Part shown: positions 24,642 through 34,748 of the stretch, one piece after another
Position numbering within the stretch: position 1 is the stretch's first letter
Layout: each line of letters begins with the position of its first letter
Assembly (NCBI GenBank): GCA_046331705.1
Contig: JAXLQJ010000024.1
Span: 62,001-103,302, forward strand
Origin: a bacterium
GTDB lineage: Bacteria; JADJOY01
Direction of reading: 5' to 3'
DNA length: 41,302 nucleotides
Position numbers and translations under genes: made by a program
Notes under the pieces: generated by a model
What the model was told of the DNA's origin: nothing
What the model saw: only the letters and a program-made list of their open reading frames with translations
Database searches by the model: none

Positions 24642-26345
24642 ATGAGCCTCGACACCCAACCACCGCTGGCCCGAGCGACGGAGACGGTCCGGCGCGTGCT
24701 GATCGTCGGCGGCGTCGCCGGCGGCGCGTCTTGCGCCGCACGCCTTCGCCGTCTCGACGAGTCGCTGCACATCACCGTCCTCGACCGCGGACCGTACGTC
24801 TCGTTCGCGAACTGCGGCCTGCCCTACTACGTCGGCAACGTCATCGCCGACGAGCGCAAGCTCCTCATGGCCTCGCCGGAAAGCTTTCGACAACGCTTCA
24901 ACATCGAGGTCTTCACCGACACCGAGGCCACGTCGATCGACCGCGCCGCGCGCACGCTCTCCGTGCGAGATCTGCGCACCGGCGTCGAGCGACACGAGCC
25001 CTACGACGTGCTGGTGCTCTCGCCCGGAGCGGCACCCATCCGACCGCCGGTGGCGGGAGTCGAGCTGCCGGGCGTGTTCGCGGTGCGCAGCATCCCCGAC
25101 TCGCGCCGCATCCGCGCCTGGATCGACGAGCACCACGCCGCCCGCGCCGTGGTGGTGGGCGGCGGCTTCATCGGCCTCGAGATGATGGAGAACCTCGTCC
25201 ATCGCGGCCTCGCGGTCACGGTGCTCGAGAAGCTCACCCAGGTGATGCCGCCGGTGGACGCGGAGATGGCCGCGCCGCTCATGAAGCACATCACCGAGCA
25301 CGGCGTGAAGCTGCATCTGGGCGACGGCCTCGCGAGCATCGAGCGCGGCGACGGCGACAGCTTGACCGTGGTCTCCGAGAGCGGCGCGCGCTTGCCGGCG
25401 GACCTGGTGATCCTGGCCATCGGCGTCCGCCCGGAGACGGCGCTGGCGAAGGCGGCGGGCCTGGCCATCGGCGCGCGCGGCGGGATCGTCGTGGACGCGC
25501 AGATGCGCACCGCCGACCCGCACATCTGGGCGGTCGGCGACGTGGTGGAGGTCGAGGACGTGCTGACCGGTCAGGAAACGGTGCTGCCGCTCGCCGGCCC
25601 CGCCAATCGCCAGGGCCGCGTGGCGGCGGAGTCGATCGCGGGGCGCGCCACCCATTTCCGCGGCGTGCAGGCGACCGCCGTGGTGGGCGTGCTCGGCATG
25701 ACCGTCGCGTCCACCGGCGCCTCCGAGAAGGGTTTGAAGCGCGCCGGCGTCACCGACTTCGCGAAGGTCTACCTGCACCCCGGGCACCACGCCGGCTACT
25801 ACCCGGGTGCCCAGCCGATCCACCTGAAGCTGCTCTTCTCGATCCCGGACGGGCGCATCCTGGGCGCGCAAGCCGTCGGGCACGAGGGAGTCGAGAAGCG
25901 CATCGACGTGATCGCCACCGCCATCCAGTTCAAGGGCACCGTTCACGATCTCGCGGAAGTGGAGCTCAGCTATGCGCCGCAATTCGGCGCCGCCAAGGAT
26001 CCCGTGAACCTCGCGGGGATGCTGGCGACGAACGTGCTCTCCGACGACATGCCGCTCGCCGACTGGGAGCAGCTCGCCGGGACCGACGCGCTCTTGGTGG
26101 ACGTGCGCGAGCCCAGCGAGTTCGAGGCGGGCCACGCGCCCGGCTTCATCAACTTGCCGCTCTCGGCGATGCGCGAGCGCTACGGCGAGCTGCCGCGGGA
26201 CCGGGCGATCTGGCTCTCGTGCGGTGTGGGGCAGCGCGCCTACTACGCGACGCGCTTCCTGCTCCAGCACGGCTATCGGGCGCGCAACCTCTCGGGTGGC
26301 TACACGACCTATCGGGCGCTCGCGGCAGCGGGCATCGTGGCGTAG
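24642..26345 (+). CDS. CoA-disulfide reductase-rhodanese fusion (CoADR-RHD / persulfide reductase type)
   Basis: IVGGVAGGASCAARLRR, SFANCGLPYY (redox Cys), GGGFIGLE, LAGPANRQG, YAPQF, rhodanese DVRE...CGVGQRAY...NLSGG. Start 24636 or 24642. Confidence 0.95.
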   Translation: MSLDTQPPLARATETVRRVLIVGGVAGGASCAARLRRLDESLHITVLDRGPYVSFANCGLPYYVGNVIADERKLLMASPESFRQRFNIEVFTDTEATSIDRAARTLSVRDLRTGVERHEPYDVLVLSPGAAPIRPPVAGVELPGVFAVRSIPDSRRIRAWIDEHHAARAVVVGGGFIGLEMMENLVHRGLAVTVLEKLTQVMPPVDAEMAAPLMKHITEHGVKLHLGDGLASIERGDGDSLTVVSESGARLPADLVILAIGVRPETALAKAAGLAIGARGGIVVDAQMRTADPHIWAVGDVVEVEDVLTGQETVLPLAGPANRQGRVAAESIAGRATHFRGVQATAVVGVLGMTVASTGASEKGLKRAGVTDFAKVYLHPGHHAGYYPGAQPIHLKLLFSIPDGRILGAQAVGHEGVEKRIDVIATAIQFKGTVHDLAEVELSYAPQFGAAKDPVNLAGMLATNVLSDDMPLADWEQLAGTDALLVDVREPSEFEAGHAPGFINLPLSAMRERYGELPRDRAIWLSCGVGQRAYYATRFLLQHGYRARNLSGGYTTYRALAAAGIVA

Positions 26346-26379
26346 CGCGTCGCTCCACGTTCCGCCTCCACGACCACCC

Positions 26380-27951
26380 ATGCCGAGCGCCGATTCGACT
26401 GGCCCGGCGCGGGATGCGTTCCCCAAGGGCAGGATGGCGCTGCTCGTGGTGTTGCTCGCGATCGCGGTGCCGCGCGGCAATCCCGTTCATTCGCTCGCGG
26501 TTCACGCGCTCTTCGCGATCGCGTACGGCACCGTCGAGCTCGCCGTCACGAGGGTACGAGCGCTCGCGTCGCCGGGCGCATTCGTCGTCCTGTTCGGCGC
26601 ACTGCTCGGCGCGCTCGTGATCGTCGACGTGCTGGTGCTGCGGCGCGCGGCGCGGGCCCGCGGCGGACGCGGTGGGCTCGCGGCGGTTCGGCTCGCGGGC
26701 GCGAGCCAGATCGCCGCGCTGGCGACGTTCGCCGCGTGGATGGGCGCTTGCGCGATCCGCCACGTCGAGGTCGCGCTCGCTGCCGCCGGCGCGCTCGTCC
26801 TGGCCGCGGAACGGCCGCGGCGCCGGGCGGCATTCGGGCTCGCAGCGGCGCTCGTCCTCACGCGCCCGGCGCTCGGCCCCTGGCTCGCCACGGCGCTGCT
26901 CGCTGGTGCAGCGGGCTGGGCGGGGTGGCGGCGAGCGGCCTGGCGCGACGTCGATCGCTGCGTGCGCTGGACGGCGCTCGGTGCCGCGACCGGCGGGATC
27001 CTCGGCTTCGTGATCGGGATGGCACGGCCCGCGGACGAGGACTTGTCGCGACGCTGGCCACCCCAGAGTGTCTACGATCTCGCGCCGGACCCCAGCGGGC
27101 GGGCGCTCGCGTTCACGACCAAGGGCAAGCTGCCGCCGGGGTTGCTGGACCGCGCCACCGGCGCGCTCACCCTCGGTCCGCTCAGCGACACCACCGCGTA
27201 CGAGCGCATCGCGTGGATCCCGGGCAGCACGCAGGCCGCCATCAGCGGCGTCGCCGGTATCACGCTCGTCGACCTCGGCACGCGCGCGCCGGTGCGCGAC
27301 GTCGCGTCGATGCAGACGATCGACGTCGAGGTGATCGGACCGCGCCGCATCGCGTATGCCGAAGAAGGCTCGCCGGCGGTCCACCTCGTGGATCTGGACA
27401 CCGGCGCCGAGGAAACGCGCAAGGTTCCCTGGGGCCCTTACGCGCTCGAGTACGTTGCCGCGCGCGATGCCTTGTTCATGTCCGCGTGGCTCGGCGAGCC
27501 GAGGGTCGTGCGCATGGGCATCGCGGACGGCAGCTACCGCGAGGTCTTCAACGGCTGGGGATCCACCGACGTCTGCGCGCTGCCGGCGCGCGGCGAGATC
27601 GCCGTGGCCCGTCCCGCTTATGCCGACGTCGTGATCCTCGACGACGTCACGCTCGAACGGCGGCGCACGCTCGCCTCGGACCCGTTGGTGCGCGAGATCG
27701 AATGCGATCCCGAGCGCGAGCTGATCTTCACCGCCTCGTACTTCGACGGCCGCGTGCGGGCCTGGGATGCGGTTCGAGGGAAGATGCTGGATGTCGTTCG
27801 GGTGGGCGGCTTCGTGCGGGCGCTGCGCTACGACGCGCGGCAACGCGTGCTCTTCGCCGGGTCGCGCGACGGCGTGTTCGAGCTACCCGTGACAGGCGAC
27901 GCCGGCATCGGGAGCGCGTTCGCCCGACGCGCGCACTCGCCGGGCCGCTGA
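26380..27951 (+). CDS. Hypothetical protein: N-terminal multi-TM region plus C-terminal YncE-like beta-propeller
   Basis: About 6-7 hydrophobic segments, then repeats such as YDLAPDPSGRAL, YALEYVAARDALF, REIECDPERELIF, RALRYDARQRVLF. Start uncertain (26380 or 26434). Confidence 0.65.
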   Translation: MPSADSTGPARDAFPKGRMALLVVLLAIAVPRGNPVHSLAVHALFAIAYGTVELAVTRVRALASPGAFVVLFGALLGALVIVDVLVLRRAARARGGRGGLAAVRLAGASQIAALATFAAWMGACAIRHVEVALAAAGALVLAAERPRRRAAFGLAAALVLTRPALGPWLATALLAGAAGWAGWRRAAWRDVDRCVRWTALGAATGGILGFVIGMARPADEDLSRRWPPQSVYDLAPDPSGRALAFTTKGKLPPGLLDRATGALTLGPLSDTTAYERIAWIPGSTQAAISGVAGITLVDLGTRAPVRDVASMQTIDVEVIGPRRIAYAEEGSPAVHLVDLDTGAEETRKVPWGPYALEYVAARDALFMSAWLGEPRVVRMGIADGSYREVFNGWGSTDVCALPARGEIAVARPAYADVVILDDVTLERRRTLASDPLVREIECDPERELIFTASYFDGRVRAWDAVRGKMLDVVRVGGFVRALRYDARQRVLFAGSRDGVFELPVTGDAGIGSAFARRAHSPGR

Positions 27952-28016
27952 AGCGTCTGGCGCGCACGGGCCAGGCGCCTCGCGAATCACGGCTCGCGCG
28001 CGTCACTCGCCGCGCG

Positions 28017-28997
28017 TCACTCGCCGGGCCAAGGTGCGCCTTCGAGCTTCGCCAGCGCGATCTGGGCGCTGCGCCGCACCCAATACGACGAGTCGTTCGC
28101 CGCCGCGAGCCTGAGCGCGGGCAGCGCCGGGGCCGCAATGGCGCCCATGTCGCCGAGCACCGCCGCCACCTCGGCGCGCACGTGATCGTCGGGATCGGAC
28201 TTCAACGCCTCGATCATGCGCGGAACCGCCGGCGCTCCCTGCTTGTAGACCACTTCGGCGACCGCCGCCCGCATCTCGTGACGCGGATGGGCGAACATCG
28301 CGAGGAGCCGGTCGGTCGGAACGCGCGGGGCCCATCCGACGGACGCCACCGCAGCGAGCGCCGCGCTCGCGACGCGGAAGTCCGGATCGTCGAAGAGCTT
28401 CACGAGCTGCTCGCCCGTGGGCGCGGCCGCCGACCCCAGGCACTGCGCCAGCTCCGCCGCGCGCACGCGCAGCGCGGCATCGGGATCGGAGAGCGATCGC
28501 GCGATCAGCGCGACGGCGTCGCGCACCCGCTCCGGCTGACCCGCGGCCATCGCGGGCGTCGCGAGGCGGCGCTGGATCGCGAAGCCGATCCCGGCGGCCA
28601 CGTAGGCGCGCACCCACGGGTCGTCGTCGGTGGCGGCGCCGAACAGCGCCTGGACCGAGTCTTCCTTCGCCTCGTAGCCGGCGCCCACCAGGGTTCGCGC
28701 CGCGAGCCTTCGCGTCTGCACGTTCGGATCGCGCAGGCGCTCGTGGACGATCGAGAACGCGCGGGCGCGGGTGCTGGCGTCGGGCGGTGCCGGGAGATCG
28801 TCGATCTGGTCGACGAACGCGACCGCCGCATCGAAGGCGCGCGTGCGCGCTTCGGGAGTCGCTCCGGCAACCCACAGATCCTCGACGCGCGGCTTCGAGC
28901 GCGCCGCGCAACCGGGCAAGAACGCGGTCGACGTCAGCGCCAACGCCGCGAGCACCGTCGCGACGCACACGCAAGGCCGCTTCACGACCCGTTCCAT
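28017..28997 (-). CDS. HEAT-repeat lipoprotein
   Basis: Lipobox LPGC; repeats LRDPNVQTRRLAARTL, DDDPWVRAYVAAGI, LSDPDAALRVRAAEL, DPDDHVRAEVAAVLG. Extended -10 TGTTAGGCT at 29024-29032. Confidence 0.85.
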   Translation of the reverse strand: MERVVKRPCVCVATVLAALALTSTAFLPGCAARSKPRVEDLWVAGATPEARTRAFDAAVAFVDQIDDLPAPPDASTRARAFSIVHERLRDPNVQTRRLAARTLVGAGYEAKEDSVQALFGAATDDDPWVRAYVAAGIGFAIQRRLATPAMAAGQPERVRDAVALIARSLSDPDAALRVRAAELAQCLGSAAAPTGEQLVKLFDDPDFRVASAALAAVASVGWAPRVPTDRLLAMFAHPRHEMRAAVAEVVYKQGAPAVPRMIEALKSDPDDHVRAEVAAVLGDMGAIAAPALPALRLAAANDSSYWVRRSAQIALAKLEGAPWPGE

Positions 28998-29220
28998 CGG
29001 CTGCTCCGTTCGGACGGCGGAGAAGCCTAACAGGCGGAGTCACGCGCCGATGCGGGCTGCGCCCGCGTGTGGAGGCGTCTGCGCCGGGCTGCTCCACGCC
29101 TCGTCCCGCGAAGCGCGCGGGATTCGCGGACGCGGCGCGCGCCCGACACTTGCACGGCCGTCGGGAGTTGCGGATTCTGCGCACCGCCCGCCGAGTCACC
29201 GCCGGGCGGACATCGCTCAC

Positions 29221-30504
29221 GTGGAAGCTCGCACGCGCTGGTCACGCTGGATCGAGCCGCGACTCGCGGCCCTCGACAGGACGTGCGAACGATTGCGCGA
29301 CGATGCTCGCTTCCAGCGGCACGCGTTCCTCGCGCTCCTCGCGCTGCGCGGCATCGCGCTCGTCGCGATGTATTTCCACGAGGTGGGGCTCGACTCGGTC
29401 GATCTCGAGCAGACGCTCTTCCTGCGGTTCGTCACCGAGTCACGCTCGCTCGGCTTCGCGAGCGGCGCGTACCAGCTCGCGCGAGGCTATTGGCACGGTC
29501 CGTTCAGCTACGCGTTCTACGCGGCGCTGCTCGAGGGTCCCCACGCGACGCTCGCTGCGGGGCGGGCCGTCTCCGTCGCGGTCTACCTCGTGGCCGGGAT
29601 CGTTTGGTACTTGAACGTTCGTCTGCTCTTTCCTCGCGGCCTGCACCTCGTCGGGCTCGCGGCGTTTCTCGTGGGGCCGAGCTGGCACACCATCCAGATC
29701 CGCCCGTACGCGCTCTACCTGCTGCTGGTCATCTGCGCGCAGTACTTCGCCGCGGTGCTGGTCGCCCGACCCGAGGCGCTGGCGCGCTTGCTCGCGACGG
29801 TGGGGCTCGCCGCGTCGCTGGCGTTGGGCTTCGCGAACCACCTCTATGGCGGCCTCGCGTTCGCGTCCACGCTGCTTCTCGCGGTCTTCGCGCTGGTCGC
29901 TCGTCGCGAGCCCGGCACGGCGGCGGCGCTGGTGGGCGCGCTCGTCGCCGCGGTGTCGATCACCGCGCCCTGGTTCGGCGGGCTCCTCGCGCAGCATTTC
30001 GCGGGGACGAACGCGAGCACGGCGCTGAGCGGCGCGGCGCTCTTCGCCGACCCGTTGGGACGGTGCCTCGCGCGAGCGGGCGCGCGCAATGCGCTCTTCA
30101 TCGTGAGTGTGGCGCTGATCGCCGCGGCGTGGTGGCGGCGGCGCGTGGGGCCGCTCGCGATCACACTCGCCCTCGCGTGCGCGGCGCTCGCAGGCTTTCC
30201 GTTCGTGGTCGCGTGGATCTGGGTGGCGCACCTCGGCGATCGGCTGCGCACGCGCGTCGAGGGCGCGTGGATCGTGCCGCTGCTCTTCGGCTCGCTTCCG
30301 TGCTCGCTCGAGTTCTGCTCGCTCGAGGACAATTACCTGACGGGCTTTCGCAACCTGCCGCTGTTGCTGCTCGCCGACCTCTTGGTGCGCGGCTCCCGGC
30401 CGCGGGTGCGGCTGTTCGCGGCGTTCGCGCTCGGGGCTTACCTCGTCCAGCTCTCGATCTGGACGTTCGCGGGCGGGCCCTTCGGCGGCGACTCGCCGCA
30501 CTGA
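29221..30504 (+). CDS. Polytopic membrane protein, GT-C (GT39/ArnT-like) glycosyltransferase-like
   Basis: About 11-12 hydrophobic segments; acidic loop DSVDLE after TM1; HGPFSY; QIRPYAL resembling the ExRxY(A)L motif; NHLYG. Start uncertain (GTG 29221). Confidence 0.55.
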   Translation: MEARTRWSRWIEPRLAALDRTCERLRDDARFQRHAFLALLALRGIALVAMYFHEVGLDSVDLEQTLFLRFVTESRSLGFASGAYQLARGYWHGPFSYAFYAALLEGPHATLAAGRAVSVAVYLVAGIVWYLNVRLLFPRGLHLVGLAAFLVGPSWHTIQIRPYALYLLLVICAQYFAAVLVARPEALARLLATVGLAASLALGFANHLYGGLAFASTLLLAVFALVARREPGTAAALVGALVAAVSITAPWFGGLLAQHFAGTNASTALSGAALFADPLGRCLARAGARNALFIVSVALIAAAWWRRRVGPLAITLALACAALAGFPFVVAWIWVAHLGDRLRTRVEGAWIVPLLFGSLPCSLEFCSLEDNYLTGFRNLPLLLLADLLVRGSRPRVRLFAAFALGAYLVQLSIWTFAGGPFGGDSPH

Positions 30505-30544
30505 AGCCGAGGCAACGACGCGCACACGGAGCGCGCGCGAGACG

Positions 30545-31573
30545 TCAGGGAGCGCGGGCGACCACCAACGTGTGCGGCCCGGTGGGGATGGGGTGACCGC
30601 TCACGTCGGCGAAACCCGCCGCACGGTACATCGCCGCGAGCTCGTGCAGCGTGTACGCGTCGCCCGCCGCCGTGGTGGCGAGCATCGTCAGGCTGAAGGA
30701 CGCGGGCATGGGCGGCGACACGCGATCCTCGTTGGGTACGAACTCGAGCGCGGCGACGCGCCCGCCGGGCTTGAGCGCGGCGCGCACCTTGCGCAACAGC
30801 GTGACGCAGGTCGGTGGGTCGAAATGGTGCAGGAAGTTGGTGAGCAGCACGATGTCGTGCGGGCCGCCGTAGTCGACGTCGAAGGCGCTTCCGGCGCGGG
30901 TCTCGTAGCGATCCTCGACGCCCGCCTTGCGCGCGTTGGCGCGCGCCACCTCCAACACCGCCGCCCAGTCGATCGCCACCACCCGCGCGGCCGCGTTCTG
31001 GCGTGCGACCTCGATCCCGAAGAGCCCGTGGCCAGCGGCGATGTCCAGCACCGACATCGGCCCCGTCCGACCCTCGAGCACGATCGCGCCGAGCGGCGCG
31101 GCCATCGGCGCCATCATGGGCGCCATGCTGTGCGCGAACTCGACCCACGCCGGGTTGTCCGGCTCGACGGTGCCCTGACCGGGCAGCACCGTGCGGCCGC
31201 TGCGCACGATGTCGGAGAGATGATTGAACGGCGCCTGGACGACGGGATGCCCGAGGAAGCGCGCCGTGGAAGCCACGCTCGCGGGCGAGCGCGAGTCCAG
31301 GAAGAGAGCCGCGGTGGCGGTGTTCGCGTAACGCCCGTCGGTCTTCTCGAGCAGCCCGACGACGGTGAGGAAGTCGCAGAGGATACGAACGCCGCGCTCC
31401 GAGGACGCACAGCGGTGGGCGATGGACGCAACGTGTCCCGGGCCTTCGCCGATGGCGCGGAAGAGATCCAGCTCGATCGCGGCGCGCAGCGCCGCCGTGC
31501 GCTGATAGGCGAAGAGCGTCTCGAACACCAGCGCGGGCGAGGGTGCTTCCGGCATCGTCGAATCCTTGCTCAT
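30545..31573 (-). CDS. SAM-dependent O-methyltransferase (dimerisation + Methyltransf_2)
   Basis: LRAAIELDLF, VLDIAAGHG, DIVLLTNFLHHF, LKPGGRV; SD AGGAG before ATG 31573. Confidence 0.92.
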   Translation of the reverse strand: MSKDSTMPEAPSPALVFETLFAYQRTAALRAAIELDLFRAIGEGPGHVASIAHRCASSERGVRILCDFLTVVGLLEKTDGRYANTATAALFLDSRSPASVASTARFLGHPVVQAPFNHLSDIVRSGRTVLPGQGTVEPDNPAWVEFAHSMAPMMAPMAAPLGAIVLEGRTGPMSVLDIAAGHGLFGIEVARQNAAARVVAIDWAAVLEVARANARKAGVEDRYETRAGSAFDVDYGGPHDIVLLTNFLHHFDPPTCVTLLRKVRAALKPGGRVAALEFVPNEDRVSPPMPASFSLTMLATTAAGDAYTLHELAAMYRAAGFADVSGHPIPTGPHTLVVARAP

Positions 31574-31794
31574 GAGGGCGTTCTCCTGCTCGGCGCGACC
31601 ACGAGCGCTCACCGCGCGTCGGCTCCCTGCGGCGAACGAGGCCGAGCGCATCCAGCCGGCCGCCGCTGCCTTCTACCAGCGTCTTGGCCCGAGCGCGAAC
31701 GCGGGGAAGTCCAGAACGATCCCACGCTGCCGAGCGCGACGTGCTATCCCGTCGCGCCCCCACGCGACGCGCGCTCGGCGCGCGTGCCCCGTCC

Positions 31795-32538
31795 ATGAAG
31801 CTCGCACTGCTCTGGCTCATCGTGCTCCTCGGCTTCGCCACCGAGGCGAGCTTCGGCTTCGGCGCCACGGTCATCACCGTGACGCTCGCCTCGCAGCTCT
31901 TTCCCATCGAGTTCATCCTGCCGACGGTGGTGCCGGTGAACCTGCTGCTCTCGGTGTACCTCGTGAGCCGCTACCGGCATGCCGTCGATCGCGAGCTGCT
32001 GGTGAAGCGCGTGTTGCCTGCGATGATCGCCGGAGTGGCGGTGGGGTTGGTGGTGATGCGCAAGAGCAGCGACACCTCGCTCAAGCTCGCGTTCGCGATC
32101 TTCGTGGTGACGCTTTCGCTCCTCGAGCTCCGACGGCTGCTCGGCCCCGGCGCGAGCACGGCGGCGCGGCCCGTGGCGGACCCGCTGCGCGCGGCGATGC
32201 TCTTCGGCGCCGGCGTGATCCACGGGCTCTTCGGCTCGGGTGGCCCGCTGGTGGTCTACGTCACCGGGCGCGAGATCGACGACAAGCTGCGCTTTCGCAG
32301 CACCCTCGGCGCGCTGTGGGTGACGATGGGCTCGGTACTGGTCGTGGGCTATGCGCTCGGTGGGTTGCTCGACGCGCGGACGGCGCGCGCGAGCGCGCTG
32401 CTGACGCCGACGGTCGTGGCAGCAGTGCTGGTCGGCGAGCGCGTCCACCACTCGATCGACGAGCGGCCGTTTCGCATCGCGGTGTTCGCGCTGCTGGCCG
32501 TGGCCGGCGCGGCACTCGCCTGGTCCTGCGTTCGCTGA
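31795..32538 (+). CDS. TauE/SafE (TSUP) family membrane exporter
   Basis: GFG motif in TM1, GVIHGLFGSGGP in the second half, FRSTL, 8 predicted TM segments. Confidence 0.88.
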   Translation: MKLALLWLIVLLGFATEASFGFGATVITVTLASQLFPIEFILPTVVPVNLLLSVYLVSRYRHAVDRELLVKRVLPAMIAGVAVGLVVMRKSSDTSLKLAFAIFVVTLSLLELRRLLGPGASTAARPVADPLRAAMLFGAGVIHGLFGSGGPLVVYVTGREIDDKLRFRSTLGALWVTMGSVLVVGYALGGLLDARTARASALLTPTVVAAVLVGERVHHSIDERPFRIAVFALLAVAGAALAWSCVR

Positions 32539-32567
32539 AGCGCCAGTGCGCGTGAAAGGCTCGGCCG

Positions 32568-34019
32568 CTACGGCTGTCCGGCCTTCTCCTTCGCGCGGCG
32601 CATCAGCTCTTCCATGGAAAGCGGGCGCGGCGCGGCGGAGGGAGCGGCGGAGGTCGCGGGCGGCGGCGCCGCTTCCGGCGGGCGCGTCCACGGAAACGCC
32701 TCGTAGAAAGGCCGACCTTGTCGCAGGTTGAGCGGGCCTTTCGAGAACGTGGGCACGTAGATCAGCACCACCAGCGCGCCGCAGATGATGCCGAGCGTCG
32801 GCAGGATCGCCTTGGCGACGTCGAGGAACGGTTGGCGAAAGATCGCCGCCGCCACGAAGAGATTGGTGGCGACCGGCGGCGCCAGGTAGCCGATCTCCAT
32901 GTTGACGACGAAGACGATCCCGAAGTGGATCGGATCGATGCCGTAGTGGTTGATCGCCACCGGCGCCAGGATCGGGGCGAAGACGAGGGTCGCCGAGATC
33001 GAATCCATGAGCGCGCCGAGCACGATCAGCACGACGTTCACCACCAGCATGAACTGCCACGCCGACAGGTCCGCCGACATCGCCCAGCGCTGGATCACGC
33101 CGGGTGCGTCGACCTCCGCCAGGAAATCGTTGAGCCCGAACGCGAGCACCACGATCAGCACCAGGCTGCCGATCAGCGTCGCCGCTTCCATCAAGATGCC
33201 GGGGATCTGCCCCCAGCGAACGTCCCGATGGATGGCGCAGGAGATGACGACACTCGCCGCGAACGCCATCGCGCCAGCCTCGGTGGGCGTGAAGACACCG
33301 CCGTAGATCCCGCCCAGCACGATCGCCGGCAGCGTCAGCGACCACGCCGCTCCCGCGAGCGCGGACCCGAGACGCGCGGCGCTGAAGGGCTCTCGCGAGC
33401 CCGGCACCGAGAGGCCCGTCGCCACGCTGTAGATCGCCAGCAACGAGGCGATGAAGACGGCGGGAACCAGCCCCGCGAAGAAGAGATCCGATGGATCGAC
33501 GGCGGCGGTGCCCTGCACGCTGATCGCGTAGATCAGCATCGCGATCGCCGGCGGGATCATGCAGCCCAAGCTGCCGGCGCTGGTGATGAGACCGATCGAG
33601 AAGCTCTTCGGATAGCCGGACTGGATGAGCGCCGGGAACATCACGCTGCCCACGGCGACCAGCGTCACCGGCGAGGAACCGGAGATCGCGGCGAACACGA
33701 TGCACGCCACCACCGACGCCACCGCCAGCCCGCCCGGCAACCAGCCCACGGCCGCACGCGCCAGCTCGGTCAGGCGCGGCGCGATGCCGCCTTTCGTCAT
33801 GATCGAGCCGGACGCGATGAAGAACGGGATCGACAAGAACACGTTCTTGCTCACCAACGACTCGATCTTGGTGACCATCCTGCTGAGCTGAACCATCGGC
33901 TCGGCGTCGGGCAGCCAGAGCAGGAAGGAGAGCCCGGTGGCGACTCCCACGATCACGAACAGCCGCGCGCCGAGCAGCGCCAGCACGAAGATCGCGAGCA
34001 ACAGCCAGAATCCGTTCAC
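32568..34019 (-). CDS. dctM: TRAP transporter large permease
   Basis: IPFFIASG, FAAISGSS, GSLGCMIPP, GGVFTPTEA, IDPIHFG, EIGYLAPP; GTGA overlap with dctQ. Confidence 0.95.
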   Translation of the reverse strand: MNGFWLLLAIFVLALLGARLFVIVGVATGLSFLLWLPDAEPMVQLSRMVTKIESLVSKNVFLSIPFFIASGSIMTKGGIAPRLTELARAAVGWLPGGLAVASVVACIVFAAISGSSPVTLVAVGSVMFPALIQSGYPKSFSIGLITSAGSLGCMIPPAIAMLIYAISVQGTAAVDPSDLFFAGLVPAVFIASLLAIYSVATGLSVPGSREPFSAARLGSALAGAAWSLTLPAIVLGGIYGGVFTPTEAGAMAFAASVVISCAIHRDVRWGQIPGILMEAATLIGSLVLIVVLAFGLNDFLAEVDAPGVIQRWAMSADLSAWQFMLVVNVVLIVLGALMDSISATLVFAPILAPVAINHYGIDPIHFGIVFVVNMEIGYLAPPVATNLFVAAAIFRQPFLDVAKAILPTLGIICGALVVLIYVPTFSKGPLNLRQGRPFYEAFPWTRPPEAAPPPATSAAPSAAPRPLSMEELMRRAKEKAGQP

Positions 34020-34744
34020 TCGGCCGGCTCCCGCTGGATGCCGAGCTGCGCGAGCGTGTCGTCGTCACCCGCGCGGATCTGACCGGTCCAGGTTCGCCAC
34101 GCTTCCAGCACGAAGCGAAATGCCAGCGAGCCCATGCCGTAGGGGATCGACGAGAACACCAGCCACTTGGGGATCGGCAAGGCCGTGAGCGTCCCCGCCG
34201 CACCCTCGGTTGCGCGCCAGAGCTCGTAATGCTCGACGCACGAGCGCGCGCCCAGATAGCCGATGCCGAGGCAAAACGCCGCGGTCACCAGGTGGCCCAC
34301 CGCCGTGGCCGCCGGCAGCATCGAGTCCGGCCACAGCTTGGAGCCGACGTCGAGCGCCAGGTGCTTGCGATCGTGGGCGGCGAGCGTCGCGCCGATGGTT
34401 CCCAGCCACAGCGTGAACCCGAGCGCCAGTGTCTGCGACCAGACCAACCCGTTCGGCACCAGCCGCACGAACGCGACCTGCAGGAGCCCGAGGACGATCC
34501 CGAGGCCCGTGCCCTTCGGCACGGCGCGAGGCCAGGGCTCGTGGCGCGTGCGAAACGCGAGCACCGAGACCAGCGCCGCCACCAGCCCGACGAGCGCCGG
34601 ATTCGCGAGCCAGCTCCCGGCACGCGTGCTCACTCGCTGCGCGACGTCGAGAAAGACCACCACGCCCATGATCGCGAGCATCGTCGCGACCACGACCTGC
34701 TCGACGCGGTAGAGCCAGTCGTCGAAGCGCTCCACCCACCGCAT
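34016..34744 (-). CDS. dctQ: TRAP transporter small permease (extended)
   Basis: WSQTLA...WLGTIGATLA...HLALDV, IPKW...IPYG; position between dctP and dctM. Confidence 0.88.
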   Translation of the reverse strand: MRWVERFDDWLYRVEQVVVATMLAIMGVVVFLDVAQRVSTRAGSWLANPALVGLVAALVSVLAFRTRHEPWPRAVPKGTGLGIVLGLLQVAFVRLVPNGLVWSQTLALGFTLWLGTIGATLAAHDRKHLALDVGSKLWPDSMLPAATAVGHLVTAAFCLGIGYLGARSCVEHYELWRATEGAAGTLTALPIPKWLVFSSIPYGMGSLAFRFVLEAWRTWTGQIRAGDDDTLAQLGIQREPAE

Positions 34745-34748
34745 GCGA

